Shown here: one piece after another, positions 30,922 to 41,770 of the stretch | Layout: each line of letters starts with the position of its first letter | How positions within the stretch are numbered: the stretch's first letter is position 1 | Assembly: GCA_945612775.1 (NCBI GenBank) | Contig: CALZAF010000002.1 | Span: 1,000-64,999 of the forward strand | DNA length: 64,000 nucleotides | Reading direction: 5' to 3' | Source: an uncultured bacterium | GTDB lineage: Bacteria > Bacteroidota > Bacteroidia > Bacteroidales > Muribaculaceae | Notes under the pieces: model-generated | What the model saw: only the letters and a program-made list of their open reading frames with translations | Told to the model about the DNA's origin: nothing | Databases searched by the model: none | Translations under genes and position numbers: made by a program

Positions 30922-32298
30922 TCAACCAAATAAATGACGGAAAGCTTCTTCAACTTTACCTACCTCTATAACCTGAATTTTAAACTTCGTAAGGTTTAGA
31001 CCCTTTATATTATTCTTTGGTATTAATATCGACTTAAAGCCAAGTTTCTCGGCTTCACCTATGCGCTGTTCGATGCGCGTTATTTGTCGAATCTCGCCCG
31101 ATAACCCCACTTCGCCTGCCATACATATTTGCTTCTTTATCGTCATATCCACGTTGCTCGATAGTATAGCGCAAATCACAGCAAGGTCGAGCGCAGGATC
31201 ATTCACCTTAAGGCCTCCTGCAATGTTAAGGAACACATCTTTCTGTGCAAGCTTAAAGCCCACTCTCTTTTCGAGCACAGCAAGCAGCATATTCATTCGC
31301 TTTGAGTCAAAACCTGTTACCGATCGTTGGGCAGTACCATAGGCGGCTGTGCTAACAAGAGCCTGCGTTTCGATAACAAACGGACGAGCACCTTCGAGCG
31401 CAACACCTATCGCTACACCCGAAAGGTCTTCATCGGTTTGCGTGATGAGCATTTCTGATGGATTTGTCACCTCGCGAAGCCCAGTTTCCTTCATTTCATA
31501 TATTCCTATCTCCGATGTGCTGCCAAATCGGTTCTTTATAGAGCGCAGAATGCGATAAAGATAATGGCGGTCACCTTCGAATTGCAGCACTGCGTCCACT
31601 ATGTGCTCAAGCACCTTTGGACCCGCTATACTACCCTCTTTGTTAATGTGTCCGATAAGCACCACAGGCGTATTTGTTTCTTTGGCAAACTTAAGAAAGG
31701 CTGCGGCACACTCTCTCACTTGACTAACGCTTCCGGCAGCCGATTCCAAATCGTCGGAAGCAATGGTCTGAATCGAATCCACAATCACAAGGTCGGGAGT
31801 ATTCTCCTTAATCGCAGCAAATATGCTGTTAAGCGACGTTTCGCACACAAGATAACACTCGCAGTCGATATGGTCGCCAGCTATGCGGTCGGCTCGCATT
31901 TTCAATTGTTGAGCGCTTTCCTCGCCTGAGATATACAGCACCTTTCGGCTACGTATTCTAAGCACATTTTGCAGCACAAGCGTAGATTTACCTATGCCAG
32001 GCTCTCCACCTATAAGCACTAATGAGCCCGGAACCAATCCTCCGCCTAACACTCTGTTGAGTTCTTGACTCGGCAACTTGATGCGGGGCAATTCTTCGGT
32101 GCGAATATCCCCGATTTTTACGGCTACAGTGCTTTTACGCACCGAAAACTCGCTACTGCCAAAAGGGCTCTTACTTTTAGGTGCAACAGGTTCTTCGATA
32201 AATGTATTCCACTCTCCGCAATTTGGGCATTTACCAACCCATTTGGGCGATTCTGCCCCACAATTTTTGCAGAAGAATACTGTTTTTTGCTTAGCCAT
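30922..32298 (-). CDS. radA: DNA repair protein RadA
   Basis: 458 aa. N-terminal zinc finger CKNCGAESPKWVGKCPNCGEW, Walker A GGEPGIGKST, KNRFG motif, Lon-like C-terminus. Confidence 0.95.
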   Translation of the reverse strand: MAKQKTVFFCKNCGAESPKWVGKCPNCGEWNTFIEEPVAPKSKSPFGSSEFSVRKSTVAVKIGDIRTEELPRIKLPSQELNRVLGGGLVPGSLVLIGGEPGIGKSTLVLQNVLRIRSRKVLYISGEESAQQLKMRADRIAGDHIDCECYLVCETSLNSIFAAIKENTPDLVIVDSIQTIASDDLESAAGSVSQVRECAAAFLKFAKETNTPVVLIGHINKEGSIAGPKVLEHIVDAVLQFEGDRHYLYRILRSIKNRFGSTSEIGIYEMKETGLREVTNPSEMLITQTDEDLSGVAIGVALEGARPFVIETQALVSTAAYGTAQRSVTGFDSKRMNMLLAVLEKRVGFKLAQKDVFLNIAGGLKVNDPALDLAVICAILSSNVDMTIKKQICMAGEVGLSGEIRQITRIEQRIGEAEKLGFKSILIPKNNIKGLNLTKFKIQVIEVGKVEEAFRHLFG

Positions 32299-32307
32299 AG
32301 CGTTATG

Positions 32308-33072
32308 TTATTTTAATGTGTTTCTACAAAATTCACTTATGGTTATGGCTGCAGCCAAGCCTACATTAAGGGATTCGCTCGTAGAACCGTCAACCACTCG
32401 CGAAGGTATATAAAGATTTCGAGTTGTCATAGCTTTAAGGCGTTCCGACATGCCATTTCCTTCATTGCCAAATATCACAAAGCCCCTATCGGGGAGCGAT
32501 GTGCTGTATATGTTTTCGCCGTCGAGTGTAGTGCCAAACACATCCATTTCGGGGAAAGATTCTATAAGTTCCTCAAGGTCGCAATAATGAACCTTCACTC
32601 TCGATATTGCCCCCATCGTAGCTTGTATTACCTTGTGGTTATATACATCCACTGTCTGCTTATTGCAAAATATGTTTTTGATTCCATACCAGTCGGCAAG
32701 ACGAATAATCGTGCCTAAATTACCTGGATCTTGAACACCCTCGAGCACTATATTTATGTTTTCCTTAACTTCTTGAGGAGTATAGGTCACTTCGGGCGTT
32801 TCATACACGGCAATCACGTCTGATGGATTGGAAAATTGCGACATCTTTTGCATCTGTTGCCGAGTAGCTATTTGCAGCACATCCATGTGCGTGAAGTTGC
32901 CATAACTCTCATACCAATTTTGAGTAGCAATCAACATACGGCACTTAAAGTAGTCCCACGTGTCGCGAACGCACTTATTGCCTTCGGCTATAAAGCAACC
33001 TTCTTTGTCGCGATACTTCTTCTGAGATAAAGAAGCCACAAATTTTATGGTATTATTCGAAACTTTATACAT
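32308..33072 (-). CDS. TrmH/SpoU-family RNA methyltransferase
   Basis: 254 aa. SpoU motifs (VQDPGNLGTIIRLADW, FGNEGNGMS, SLNVGLAAAITISEF). Confidence 0.8.
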   Translation of the reverse strand: MYKVSNNTIKFVASLSQKKYRDKEGCFIAEGNKCVRDTWDYFKCRMLIATQNWYESYGNFTHMDVLQIATRQQMQKMSQFSNPSDVIAVYETPEVTYTPQEVKENINIVLEGVQDPGNLGTIIRLADWYGIKNIFCNKQTVDVYNHKVIQATMGAISRVKVHYCDLEELIESFPEMDVFGTTLDGENIYSTSLPDRGFVIFGNEGNGMSERLKAMTTRNLYIPSRVVDGSTSESLNVGLAAAITISEFCRNTLK

Positions 33073-33075
33073 AAG

Positions 33076-34506
33076 CTATTTAGAATTGACATTCTTGTAT
33101 ATTTTTATCCCAAATGTCGCAATCGCTATCGACATGATTGGGCACATATAATTAAACACGCAATATGGCAGATAGTGGAATGCGCTCACGCCGAGCACAG
33201 TGGATTGGGTCATGCCACACGAATTCCATGGAATCAATACTGAGGTCACAGAAATAGAGTCCTCGAGCGAACGGCTCAACAATCGCGGTTCTAAACCATT
33301 CTTTGCGTAAAGATTTTTATAGAGGTTACCCGTGATAATCAGTGAAAGATATTGGTCGCCAGTGCAACCATTCACAAGCAGACCTGTTCCTACAGTGGTA
33401 GATACCACTTTGCGAAGTCCATTTAGTCGCCGAGACAATGAATGAGTAATGCTCGATAGCATGCCTGTGCCAAGCAATGTTCCACCAAACAGCATTGCAC
33501 AAAGCACGAGTTTTATAGTTTCTATCATACCCGATATCCCGCTTGTGCTAACAAGCGCGTTGAGCATTTCATCACCCGTCTCTATTGCTGTAGTTGTGCA
33601 CAATAGTTTTACCACTGCCACCACAGATCCACAATCAGCCGAAAGATGAGCGAAAATATGCGGTTGCCCCACAATCAAACATATTAAACCAATGATGGTG
33701 CTTATGCCCAATGTAACCAGCACCTTCACGCGCATTACTATAAGCGCACAAGTGATAACTGGGGCAAGCAGCATCCATGGCGAAATGTGGAAAGTAGCAT
33801 CGAGTTGCGTGAGCATTTCATTGGTTTCTACAGCGTCGTTAACGTCGGTAAGGGCACCGATTATTGCAAACACTATCAGCGCTATTATGAGCGAAGGCAG
33901 CGTGGTAATCATAAGATACTTTACGTGAGTAAACAAGTTGACGCCCACAGTAGATGATGCCAAAATTGTGGTATCGGACAGCGGCGAAATCTTGTCGCCG
34001 AAGTATGCGCCCGAAATCACAGCTCCAGCAGTGCAAGCCGGATTATACCCCATCACAGCTCCTATTCCCATAAATGCCACTCCTATGGTAGCACATGTGG
34101 TCCAGCTGCTCCCCACGAGCACCGATATGACGGAGCACACAAGACATGTAATCACAAGAAACGCTCGAGGATTGAGCACTCGCAGTCCGCAGTCGATTAT
34201 CGTTGGAACTATGCCTCCAAGCATCCATGTAGCCGAAATGGTGGAAATGAGTATCAGTATAGGTATTGCCGGCAGAATCTGTTGCGCACTCTCGCCTATA
34301 CCTTTGCGAAGAAGCAACCACCGGCATGGATGAAATATTCGTGATAACGCCAATGTGACTATTGCCATGGCAAACAGCACATAGCTACTATAATTAAGCA
34401 CATTATCAGCACCCAGGCATATCATAATGCACACTATGGTTATTATCAATAGCGCTATTGGCACTATCGACAATTTCACCGACGGCAATATGTTTCTATT
34501 ATTCAA
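33076..34506 (-). CDS. Na+/H+ antiporter NhaC-family membrane protein
   Basis: 476 aa, polytopic (about 11-12 hydrophobic helices). Family assignment is from memory. The track start is TTG; no in-frame ATG lies before the first TM helix. Confidence 0.7.
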   Translation of the reverse strand: MNNRNILPSVKLSIVPIALLIITIVCIMICLGADNVLNYSSYVLFAMAIVTLALSRIFHPCRWLLLRKGIGESAQQILPAIPILILISTISATWMLGGIVPTIIDCGLRVLNPRAFLVITCLVCSVISVLVGSSWTTCATIGVAFMGIGAVMGYNPACTAGAVISGAYFGDKISPLSDTTILASSTVGVNLFTHVKYLMITTLPSLIIALIVFAIIGALTDVNDAVETNEMLTQLDATFHISPWMLLAPVITCALIVMRVKVLVTLGISTIIGLICLIVGQPHIFAHLSADCGSVVAVVKLLCTTTAIETGDEMLNALVSTSGISGMIETIKLVLCAMLFGGTLLGTGMLSSITHSLSRRLNGLRKVVSTTVGTGLLVNGCTGDQYLSLIITGNLYKNLYAKNGLEPRLLSRSLEDSISVTSVLIPWNSCGMTQSTVLGVSAFHYLPYCVFNYMCPIMSIAIATFGIKIYKNVNSK

Positions 34507-34579
34507 TTTTCTAATGGTTTTTCTAATTCGATTACAAAGTTAACGCATTTTTACGAATTATTCGTTTGCATCCAAACAT

Positions 34580-34610
34580 AAAAGGCAATCGGTGGTGCCA
34601 ATTGCCTTTT
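34580..34610 (-). terminator. terminator after fcl
   Basis: aaaaggcaat/attgcctttt 10-bp stem. On the minus strand it is followed by TTTTATGTTTG. Confidence 0.7.
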
Positions 34611-34636
34611 ATTATCTCGCATGAATTGAGTCACTT

Positions 34637-35578
34637 CTATCTTTCGGCTCGCATAGGATTATTCAAAAAATCCTCATATGCCAATCTAATGCCGTCTTCA
34701 AGTTCGGTTTTATATCGCCACCCCAAAGCCTCTGCTTTGCTCACATCGAGGAGTTTGCGTGGCGTGCCATTGGGCTTGCTGGTATCCCACTTGATTTCGC
34801 CTTCATAGCCCACTACCTTAGCCACAAGCTGAGTCAATTCCTTTATCGTAAGTTCCTTGCCAGTTCCGGCGTTTACAGTTTCATCTCCGCTGTAATTGTT
34901 CATTAAGAATACGCATAGGTTGGCTAAATCGTCTACGTATAGAAATTCGCGCAAAGGGCTTCCATCACCCCAGCAAGTTACACTCTCAGCTCCACTCAAC
35001 TTTGCCTCATGAAAACGGCGAATCAGTGCAGGCAGCACATGGCTATGCGTAGGGTGATAATTGTCGTTTGGACCATAAAGATTGGTAGGCATCACGCTTA
35101 TGTAGTCAGTTCCGTATTGCTTATTTAGGAATTCGCAATATTTCAGTCCTGATATCTTTGCCAAAGCATAGGCCTCATTGGTTTTCTCAAGTTCACTTGT
35201 CAGCAAGCAAGACTCCTTCATTGGTTGAGGGGCCATGCGAGGATAAATGCACGAACTGCCCAAGAATTCAAGCTTTTTGCATCCATTCTTCCAAGCAGAA
35301 TGTATAACATTCATTTCGAGAATCATATTCTCATACATAAAATCGGCAAGAGCACTCTGATTTGCCACAATTCCGCCCACTTTTGCTGCTGCCAAGAACA
35401 CATATTCGGGCTTTTCGGCTGCAAAAAAGGCTTCCACTTGATCCTGACGGCAGAGGTCGAGTTCGGCGTGTGTGCGAGTAATAATATTATTATACCCTTG
35501 GCGCTTTAATTCTCTCACTATTGCCGAGCCGACCATGCCTCTGTGGCCGGCAACATAGATTTTTGCTTCTTTTTCCAT
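34637..35578 (-). CDS. fcl: GDP-L-fucose synthase
   Basis: Rossmann motif YVAGHRGMVGSA and catalytic YALAK. ATG 35578 is preferred over the track's GTG 35581. It overlaps the gmd stop by 1 nt (TGATG). Confidence 0.9.
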   Translation of the reverse strand: MEKEAKIYVAGHRGMVGSAIVRELKRQGYNNIITRTHAELDLCRQDQVEAFFAAEKPEYVFLAAAKVGGIVANQSALADFMYENMILEMNVIHSAWKNGCKKLEFLGSSCIYPRMAPQPMKESCLLTSELEKTNEAYALAKISGLKYCEFLNKQYGTDYISVMPTNLYGPNDNYHPTHSHVLPALIRRFHEAKLSGAESVTCWGDGSPLREFLYVDDLANLCVFLMNNYSGDETVNAGTGKELTIKELTQLVAKVVGYEGEIKWDTSKPNGTPRKLLDVSKAEALGWRYKTELEDGIRLAYEDFLNNPMRAER

Positions 35579-36669
35579 CACTTCACTATTCCCTTCTCCA
35601 AATATTCGGCAAGATTAATTCTTATCGCATCGCCAGCATTTTCTACTGCCACCTTTGCCATGTCGTGCTGCACCATAATCTTTACCAACTGGTCGAATGT
35701 GGTCTTTTGCGGATTCCATCCGAGCACACGTTTTGCCTTCGATGGATCGCCCCATAAGTTAACCACATCGGTGGGACGATAAAAGTCGGGAGATACCTCT
35801 ACGAGCACACGTCCTGTGGCTTTGTCGATGCCTTTCTCGTCGGCTCCCTCGCCTTGCCATTCCAGTTCGATGCCGACATAGTGGAAGGCAAGTTGACAGA
35901 ACTCACGCACGGAGTGCTGTTCGCCTGTGGCTATCACAAAGTCTTCAGGTTTTTCGTGCTGCAAAATCATCCACATACACTCCACATAATCGCGGGCATA
36001 TCCCCAGTCGCGCAAACTCGAAAGATTGCCTAAATAGAGCTTGTCCTGCTTGCCGTGACGGATACGCGATGCGGCAAGCGTAATTTTGCGAGTCACGAAA
36101 GTCTCGCCTCGGCGTTCCGACTCATGATTAAACAAAATCCCCGAGCAGCAAAACATATTATACGCTTCACGATACTCCTTAACAATCCAGAATCCATACT
36201 GCTTCGCCACAGCGTATGGCGAATATGGGTGGAACGGAGTATTTTCGTTTTGAGGAACTTCTTCCACCTTACCGTATAGCTCTGAAGTAGATGCCTGATA
36301 TATTCGGCAAGTGCTCTCAAGCCCACATTGGCGAACTGCCTCAAGCACCCTCAACACTCCCACTGCATCTACATCGGCTGTATATTCAGGTGAATCGAAA
36401 CTAACTTGCACATGGCTTTGAGCAGCCAAATTGTAGATTTCGTCGGGACGAACGCGACCAATCAGCGCCACAAGACTCATAGAGTCGGTCATGTCGCTAT
36501 AATGCAAGTGGAAATTTGGCTTCCCTTCGAGATGCGCTATGCGCTCTCGAAAATCTACCGACGAGCGGCGAATTGTGCCATGAACATCATAACCTTTCTC
36601 AAGTAAGAATTCTGCCAAGAATGAACCATCTTGTCCGGTTACTCCTGTAATTAATGCTGTTTTACCCAT
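35578..36669 (-). CDS. gmd: GDP-mannose 4,6-dehydratase
   Basis: 363 aa. [27 protein letters not shown]. Confidence 0.93.
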   Translation of the reverse strand: MGKTALITGVTGQDGSFLAEFLLEKGYDVHGTIRRSSVDFRERIAHLEGKPNFHLHYSDMTDSMSLVALIGRVRPDEIYNLAAQSHVQVSFDSPEYTADVDAVGVLRVLEAVRQCGLESTCRIYQASTSELYGKVEEVPQNENTPFHPYSPYAVAKQYGFWIVKEYREAYNMFCCSGILFNHESERRGETFVTRKITLAASRIRHGKQDKLYLGNLSSLRDWGYARDYVECMWMILQHEKPEDFVIATGEQHSVREFCQLAFHYVGIELEWQGEGADEKGIDKATGRVLVEVSPDFYRPTDVVNLWGDPSKAKRVLGWNPQKTTFDQLVKIMVQHDMAKVAVENAGDAIRINLAEYLEKGIVK

Positions 36670-36712
36670 TAAAGTATTAACAAATTATAAAAACGTAAAA
36701 TCTGCAGCTATA

Positions 36713-38116
36713 TTAGTATGCATTCTTATCGCCTACTATAGCATTATATATGGTTCTGAAAATGATATAAAGGTCGAGCCAAAAACTCCAATGCTCCATA
36801 TACCATATATCGCCTTTCACACGACCTTCCATCTGACCTATTTCTTTGGTTTCGCCTCTGAATCCGGTCACTTGGCTCCAACCTGTTATGCCTGGCTTAA
36901 TATAGTGGCGTACCATATAGTGATTAATAATCTTAGAATACTCTTCGGTGTGTTTAAGCATATGTGGTCGAGGACCCACCACACTCATTTCACCTTTAAG
37001 CACATTGATGAATTGCGGAGTTTCATCTATATTAGTGCGTCGCAAAATGTTGCCCCACCAAGTTTTGCGCGGGTCGTCCTTTGTGGCTTGAAGGGTGTCG
37101 CTATCATTGTTAACCTTCATGCTTCGAAATTTGTACATCATAAACTCCTTACCATTCATGCCACTGCGTTTTTGGCAGAAAAAGACCGGACCAGGCATCG
37201 TAATCTTTGTCACTATAGCCACTATTATGTATAGCCATGGAAATATAGTTACCAAAAATACGAGCGACACCACTATGTCGAATACTCGTTTTATTAAGCG
37301 GTTCGACGTAGTGCGCAATGGGTCTTGGAAGAAATTCATGTAAGGAATCGAACCAATTACATTAAGGTGCATGCGCTGATGCAAATAATTGTTCATACAT
37401 GGCACGCTATAATAGTACATGAAATTATTCTCGCAATAACTAATAATTTCCTCTACCACATTGTTGCGGTAATCAGGCAATGTGCTGCTATACACTTCTT
37501 GAATTCCCTTGTGGCTCTTGAAATAATCTATTACATCATCCAATCCGCCAAGGTAGGGCAAACCGCAAAATCCGTCCTTTATTTTGTCGTCGAAATATCC
37601 AAGCACATCAAATCCCCTCGATTTGTCGTCGGAAAGCTCCTGGAATAGCGCCTCATTATTATCGGTGCATCCTATCATAACAACTTTGCGGCGATTGCCT
37701 GGCAACTGGTGGTAGAGTTTTGCAAAAACACGCACCGAATAGCGAAATGCCAACAGCATAGCAAGCATAATGAGCAAATAAAGCAAATAATAAGGCCAAC
37801 TGAACACATAAAATCTACCCACATGAAGGATAAATACGCTCAACAGCGAAAAATAGAACACATTTTTGAGAACCGTAAGCAGAACTTCATAATCCTTCGA
37901 CCTACGCATGTGAAGGTTCACGCCACCCTCTATGGTTACGGCAAAATAGATGGTACAAACCAGCGACATCGACTGTAAGAATTCTTGACCTAATTCAGAG
38001 CCAAGATAGTGAGAAAAGAGGGTGAATAATCCACCACATATCACTACTTCTACAAACATTACGAAGTAGATCAACAGGCCGCTATATCTTGATGTAACTC
38101 TTATTTGTCCACTCAT
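36713..38116 (-). CDS. polyprenyl-phosphate hexose-1-phosphate transferase (WbaP-type initiating sugar transferase)
   Basis: 467 aa. N-terminal TM helices, central spacer, C-terminal bacterial sugar transferase domain (KRVFDIVVSLVFLV..., PGITGWSQV). Confidence 0.85.
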   Translation of the reverse strand: MSGQIRVTSRYSGLLIYFVMFVEVVICGGLFTLFSHYLGSELGQEFLQSMSLVCTIYFAVTIEGGVNLHMRRSKDYEVLLTVLKNVFYFSLLSVFILHVGRFYVFSWPYYLLYLLIMLAMLLAFRYSVRVFAKLYHQLPGNRRKVVMIGCTDNNEALFQELSDDKSRGFDVLGYFDDKIKDGFCGLPYLGGLDDVIDYFKSHKGIQEVYSSTLPDYRNNVVEEIISYCENNFMYYYSVPCMNNYLHQRMHLNVIGSIPYMNFFQDPLRTTSNRLIKRVFDIVVSLVFLVTIFPWLYIIVAIVTKITMPGPVFFCQKRSGMNGKEFMMYKFRSMKVNNDSDTLQATKDDPRKTWWGNILRRTNIDETPQFINVLKGEMSVVGPRPHMLKHTEEYSKIINHYMVRHYIKPGITGWSQVTGFRGETKEIGQMEGRVKGDIWYMEHWSFWLDLYIIFRTIYNAIVGDKNAY

Positions 38117-38191
38117 ATATTTTTACATGATGTTTATATAATTTAACGAATATATTCTTGTTAAATTATGTTTTGTGCGCTAAATAGCACA

Positions 38192-38199
38192 CAAATTTA
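38192..38199 (-). promoter_or_regulatory. -7 promoter motif TAAATTTG (initiating transferase-gmd-fcl unit)
   Basis: Perfect TAnnTTTG on the minus strand, 76 nt upstream of ATG 38116. Confidence 0.4.
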
Positions 38200-38251
38200 G
38201 TGAATATTTTTTATAATGGCACATATACAGCTTCCTTTGTTGCAAAACAAA

Positions 38252-38286
38252 CAGTCTGGACCGAGTTTTTAGCTCAATCCAGACTG
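38252..38286 (-). terminator. terminator after rfbB
   Basis: cagtctgga/tccagactg 9-bp stem. On the minus strand it is followed by TTTGTTTTG. Confidence 0.7.
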
Positions 38287-38317
38287 CGAATATCATAATA
38301 TTTACGAACCCGACTAA

Positions 38318-39457
38318 TTATCGGTTCTTATACATATCCTCGTAGTATTTCTCGTATTCGCCCGAGGTGATGTTATCTAACCATTCTTGATTCTGAAGAT
38401 ACCATTTCACAGTCTTTTCGATACCTTCCTCAAATTGCAAAGATGGTTCCCATCCAAGTTCCGCTTGCAATTTGCGCGAATCGATGGCATAGCGAGCATC
38501 ATGTCCGAGGCGGTCGGTAACGTAGGTGATTAGATTCATGTCTTCACCTTCGCCGCGACCTAAAAGGCGGTCAACAGTATTGATAAGCACCTTAATGATA
38601 TCGATATTTTTCCACTCATTAAAGCCACCTATATTATAGGTCTCAGCCACTTTACCTTGATGGAATATCACATCTATTGCACGAGCATGGTCTTCAACGT
38701 ATAGCCAATCGCGCACATTCTCACCCTTGCCATACACCGGCAATGGTTTGCGATGGCGAATATTGTTGATAAACAGTGGTATCAACTTTTCAGGGAATTG
38801 ATACGGGCCATAGTTATTTGAACAGTTGGTCACCACAGTGGGCATGCCATAAGTGTCGTGGAATGCTCTCACGAAGTGGTCGCTGCTTGCCTTGCTTGCG
38901 CTGTAGGGACTATGAGGATTGTATTTAGTGGTCTCGAGGAAAAACTCTTCACCATAGGCATGGTGATGTTCCGACGATGCGGTGGTAGTAAATGGCGATT
39001 CCACACCTTCGGGATGCGTCATTTCTAAAGCACCATACACTTCATCGGTGGAAATGTGATAGAATCGTTTCCCCTCATACCCTTCTGGAAGAGATTCCCA
39101 ATAAAGTTTAGCGGCTTGTAGCAGCGACAGTGTGCCCATAACATTTGTTCTTGCAAAGGTAAATGGGTCTTTTATCGAACGGTCAACGTGGCTCTCAGCT
39201 GCAAGGTGAATAATACCATCTATCTTCTCCTGCTGCATCAAAGCGTAGAATGAGTCGAAGTCGCAAATATCCATTTTCACAAACTTATAGTTTGCCTTAT
39301 CTTCCACATCCTTTAAATTTGCCAAATTGCCTGCGTAGGTCAATTTGTCGAGGTTGATAATCTTGTAATCTGGATATTTGTTGACAAACAATCTCACCAC
39401 ATGGCTGCCGATAAATCCTGCGCCACCAGTTATCACTATATTTCTTTTAAATTCCAT
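38318..39457 (-). CDS. rfbB: dTDP-glucose 4,6-dehydratase
   Basis: 379 aa. ITGGAGFIGSH and YSASKAS (YxxxK). Confidence 0.93.
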   Translation of the reverse strand: MEFKRNIVITGGAGFIGSHVVRLFVNKYPDYKIINLDKLTYAGNLANLKDVEDKANYKFVKMDICDFDSFYALMQQEKIDGIIHLAAESHVDRSIKDPFTFARTNVMGTLSLLQAAKLYWESLPEGYEGKRFYHISTDEVYGALEMTHPEGVESPFTTTASSEHHHAYGEEFFLETTKYNPHSPYSASKASSDHFVRAFHDTYGMPTVVTNCSNNYGPYQFPEKLIPLFINNIRHRKPLPVYGKGENVRDWLYVEDHARAIDVIFHQGKVAETYNIGGFNEWKNIDIIKVLINTVDRLLGRGEGEDMNLITYVTDRLGHDARYAIDSRKLQAELGWEPSLQFEEGIEKTVKWYLQNQEWLDNITSGEYEKYYEDMYKNR

Positions 39458-39525
39458 ATTTCTGTCAGTTTATATTTGTAACGGAAATTGGTGTACTTTA
39501 TTGAGAATCTCTTAATTAATTTCTA

Positions 39526-41730
39526 TTACATAAACGCAACGGTCAAACCAGCCATCACGATGCTTACCATCGACATAAGCTTGATAAGGATATTAAGGCT
39601 TGGACCTGATGTGTCCTTAAATGGGTCGCCAACGGTATCGCCAACGATAGTTGCCTTATGGCTAAAGCTACCTTTGCCGCCGAAATTGCCTTCTTCTACC
39701 ATCTTCTTGGCATTGTCCCATGCGCCACCAGCATTAGCCATAAATACTGCCAGGGTAAAGCCTGCTGCCAAACCTCCTACCAATAGGCCAAGCACGCCAG
39801 CAACACCCAATACAATTCCCACAATAATAGGAATAACGATTGCCAAAACTGCTGGGATAATCATTTCGTGCTGAGCTGCTTGTGTAGAGATTTCTACGCA
39901 ACGGCCATAATCTGGAGTAGCCTTGCCTTCCATTATGCCCTTGATGGTGCGCAACTGACGGCGAACTTCTTCAACCATCTTTTGTGCAGCACGGCCAACG
40001 GCTTCCATTGTCAAACCGCAGAACAAGAATGCTGCCATTGCACCTATAAATGCGCCTACAAGAACCTTTGGATTCATCAGAGTCACTTGGAAGAAGCTCA
40101 TAAAGTCGGGCATCGACGCTGTTGCTGGGTTGAATATGTTGCCAGCTGCATCTATAAATTGATGTCCCTCTTCAGCAACGCGAACCATTGCAATCTTAAT
40201 TTCTTCTACATACGAAGCAAGGAGTGCAAGAGCAGTAAGAGCGGCACTACCTATTGCAAATCCCTTACCTGTAGCTGCTGTGGTGTTGCCAAGAGCATCG
40301 AGAGCATCGGTGCGATGACGAATCTCCTCACCAAGTTCGCTCATTTCGGCATTACCGCCTGCATTGTCGGCAATTGGTCCATAAGCGTCGGTGGCAAGTG
40401 TGATGCCAAGAGTAGAAAGCATACCCACTGCTGCTACACCAATACCGTACAAGCCGTGTGCAATGCTTTCAGCGCTCATGCTAAGGTCAAAACCGTTAGC
40501 GCACATATAGCTAAGCATAATAGCAACGCCAATTGTCAATACTGGGATGCAAGTAGAGATCATTCCAGTGCCAATACCCTTAATAATAACAGTAGCACTA
40601 CCTGTTTGACCTGCTTCAGCTATTTTTTGAGTTGGCTTATAACTATGGCTTGTGTAATATTCAGTGGCTTGACCTATAATTACACCAGCTACAAGACCGG
40701 TAATTACCGAGAACGAAACGCCCACCCAATTTTCTATTTCAAGAAGATATAGAATAACAAATGTGGCGATTGCAATAAGCACTGCACTCACATTAGTTCC
40801 AAGCGACAGCGAACGCAATAGATCTTTCATTGTAGCACCTTCTTTAGTTCTCACCAAGAAAATACCAATCAACGACAAGAATATACCCACTGCAGCAATA
40901 ATCATTGGAGCAACTACTGCCTTAACCTGCATAGCAGGATTCATGGCAAATGCTGTAGCACCGAGTGCTGCAGTAGAAAGGATACTACCGCAATAGCTTT
41001 CATATAGGTCGGCACCCATACCTGCAACGTCACCTACATTATCGCCTACGTTGTCGGCAATTGTAGCAGGGTTGCGAGGGTCATCTTCTGGAATATCAGC
41101 TTCCACCTTACCTACTATATCAGCACCCACATCGGCTGCCTTAGTGTAGATACCGCCACCTACTCTGGCAAACAATGCCTGAGTGGATGCACCCATACCG
41201 AATGTAAGCATTGTGGTGGTGATGGTGATAAGCGCAGTGGATTCGCCGTGGTAGAATGCATTGAGCACAACAAACCAGATGGCGATATCGAGCAAGCCGA
41301 GACCTACTACCACAAGACCCATAACTGCTCCCGAGCGGAATGCAATCTTCAATCCGGCATCTAAGCCTTTGCGAGCTGCATTGGCAGTTCTGCCCGATGC
41401 GTATGTGGCTGTCTTCATACCGAAGAAACCAGCCAATCCCGAGAAGAAACCGCCAGTAATAAATGCGAATGGCACCCAAGGATTCTGAACTTTTAATCCA
41501 TATGCCATAAATGCGAATAACACAGCAAGCACTATGAACACTATAAGCACCACTTTGTACTGCTGCTTAAGATATGCCATTGCACCTTTTCTGACATATT
41601 CAGCAATTTCTCTCATTCTTGGTGTTCCTTCATCCGACTTCATCATAGTTTTGAAGAAATACCACGCCATCGACAGTGCCACTACCGATGCTATGGGCAC
41701 AAGCCAAAAGACTTCAGGGATATTGTTCAT
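39526..41730 (-). CDS. hppA: membrane-integral ion-translocating pyrophosphatase, K+-dependent clade
   Basis: 734 aa with about 16 TM helices. Acidic motifs (DNVGDNVGD). GNTTAATGKG carries Ala at the K+-dependence position. Na+ versus H+ specificity cannot be told from the sequence. Confidence 0.92.
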   Translation of the reverse strand: MNNIPEVFWLVPIASVVALSMAWYFFKTMMKSDEGTPRMREIAEYVRKGAMAYLKQQYKVVLIVFIVLAVLFAFMAYGLKVQNPWVPFAFITGGFFSGLAGFFGMKTATYASGRTANAARKGLDAGLKIAFRSGAVMGLVVVGLGLLDIAIWFVVLNAFYHGESTALITITTTMLTFGMGASTQALFARVGGGIYTKAADVGADIVGKVEADIPEDDPRNPATIADNVGDNVGDVAGMGADLYESYCGSILSTAALGATAFAMNPAMQVKAVVAPMIIAAVGIFLSLIGIFLVRTKEGATMKDLLRSLSLGTNVSAVLIAIATFVILYLLEIENWVGVSFSVITGLVAGVIIGQATEYYTSHSYKPTQKIAEAGQTGSATVIIKGIGTGMISTCIPVLTIGVAIMLSYMCANGFDLSMSAESIAHGLYGIGVAAVGMLSTLGITLATDAYGPIADNAGGNAEMSELGEEIRHRTDALDALGNTTAATGKGFAIGSAALTALALLASYVEEIKIAMVRVAEEGHQFIDAAGNIFNPATASMPDFMSFFQVTLMNPKVLVGAFIGAMAAFLFCGLTMEAVGRAAQKMVEEVRRQLRTIKGIMEGKATPDYGRCVEISTQAAQHEMIIPAVLAIVIPIIVGIVLGVAGVLGLLVGGLAAGFTLAVFMANAGGAWDNAKKMVEEGNFGGKGSFSHKATIVGDTVGDPFKDTSGPSLNILIKLMSMVSIVMAGLTVAFM

Positions 41731-41770
41731 GATTTTAAAAGTTTTTAGGGTTAATAAAGTTGATAATTAT

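Noticed and set aside
39868-40752. 294-aa plus-strand ORF antisense to hppA. Similar long antisense ORFs occur at 52736-53671 (311 aa, opposite lptF/G-tgt), 15900-16742 (280 aa, opposite nrdJ), 62364-63191 (275 aa, opposite GT4), 49038-49556 and 10094-10678.
   Set aside because: Each lies entirely opposite a gene with clear family motifs. Their translations are low-complexity, Cys/His/Phe-rich and match no family I recognise. They are typical shadow ORFs caused by the codon bias of the real gene.
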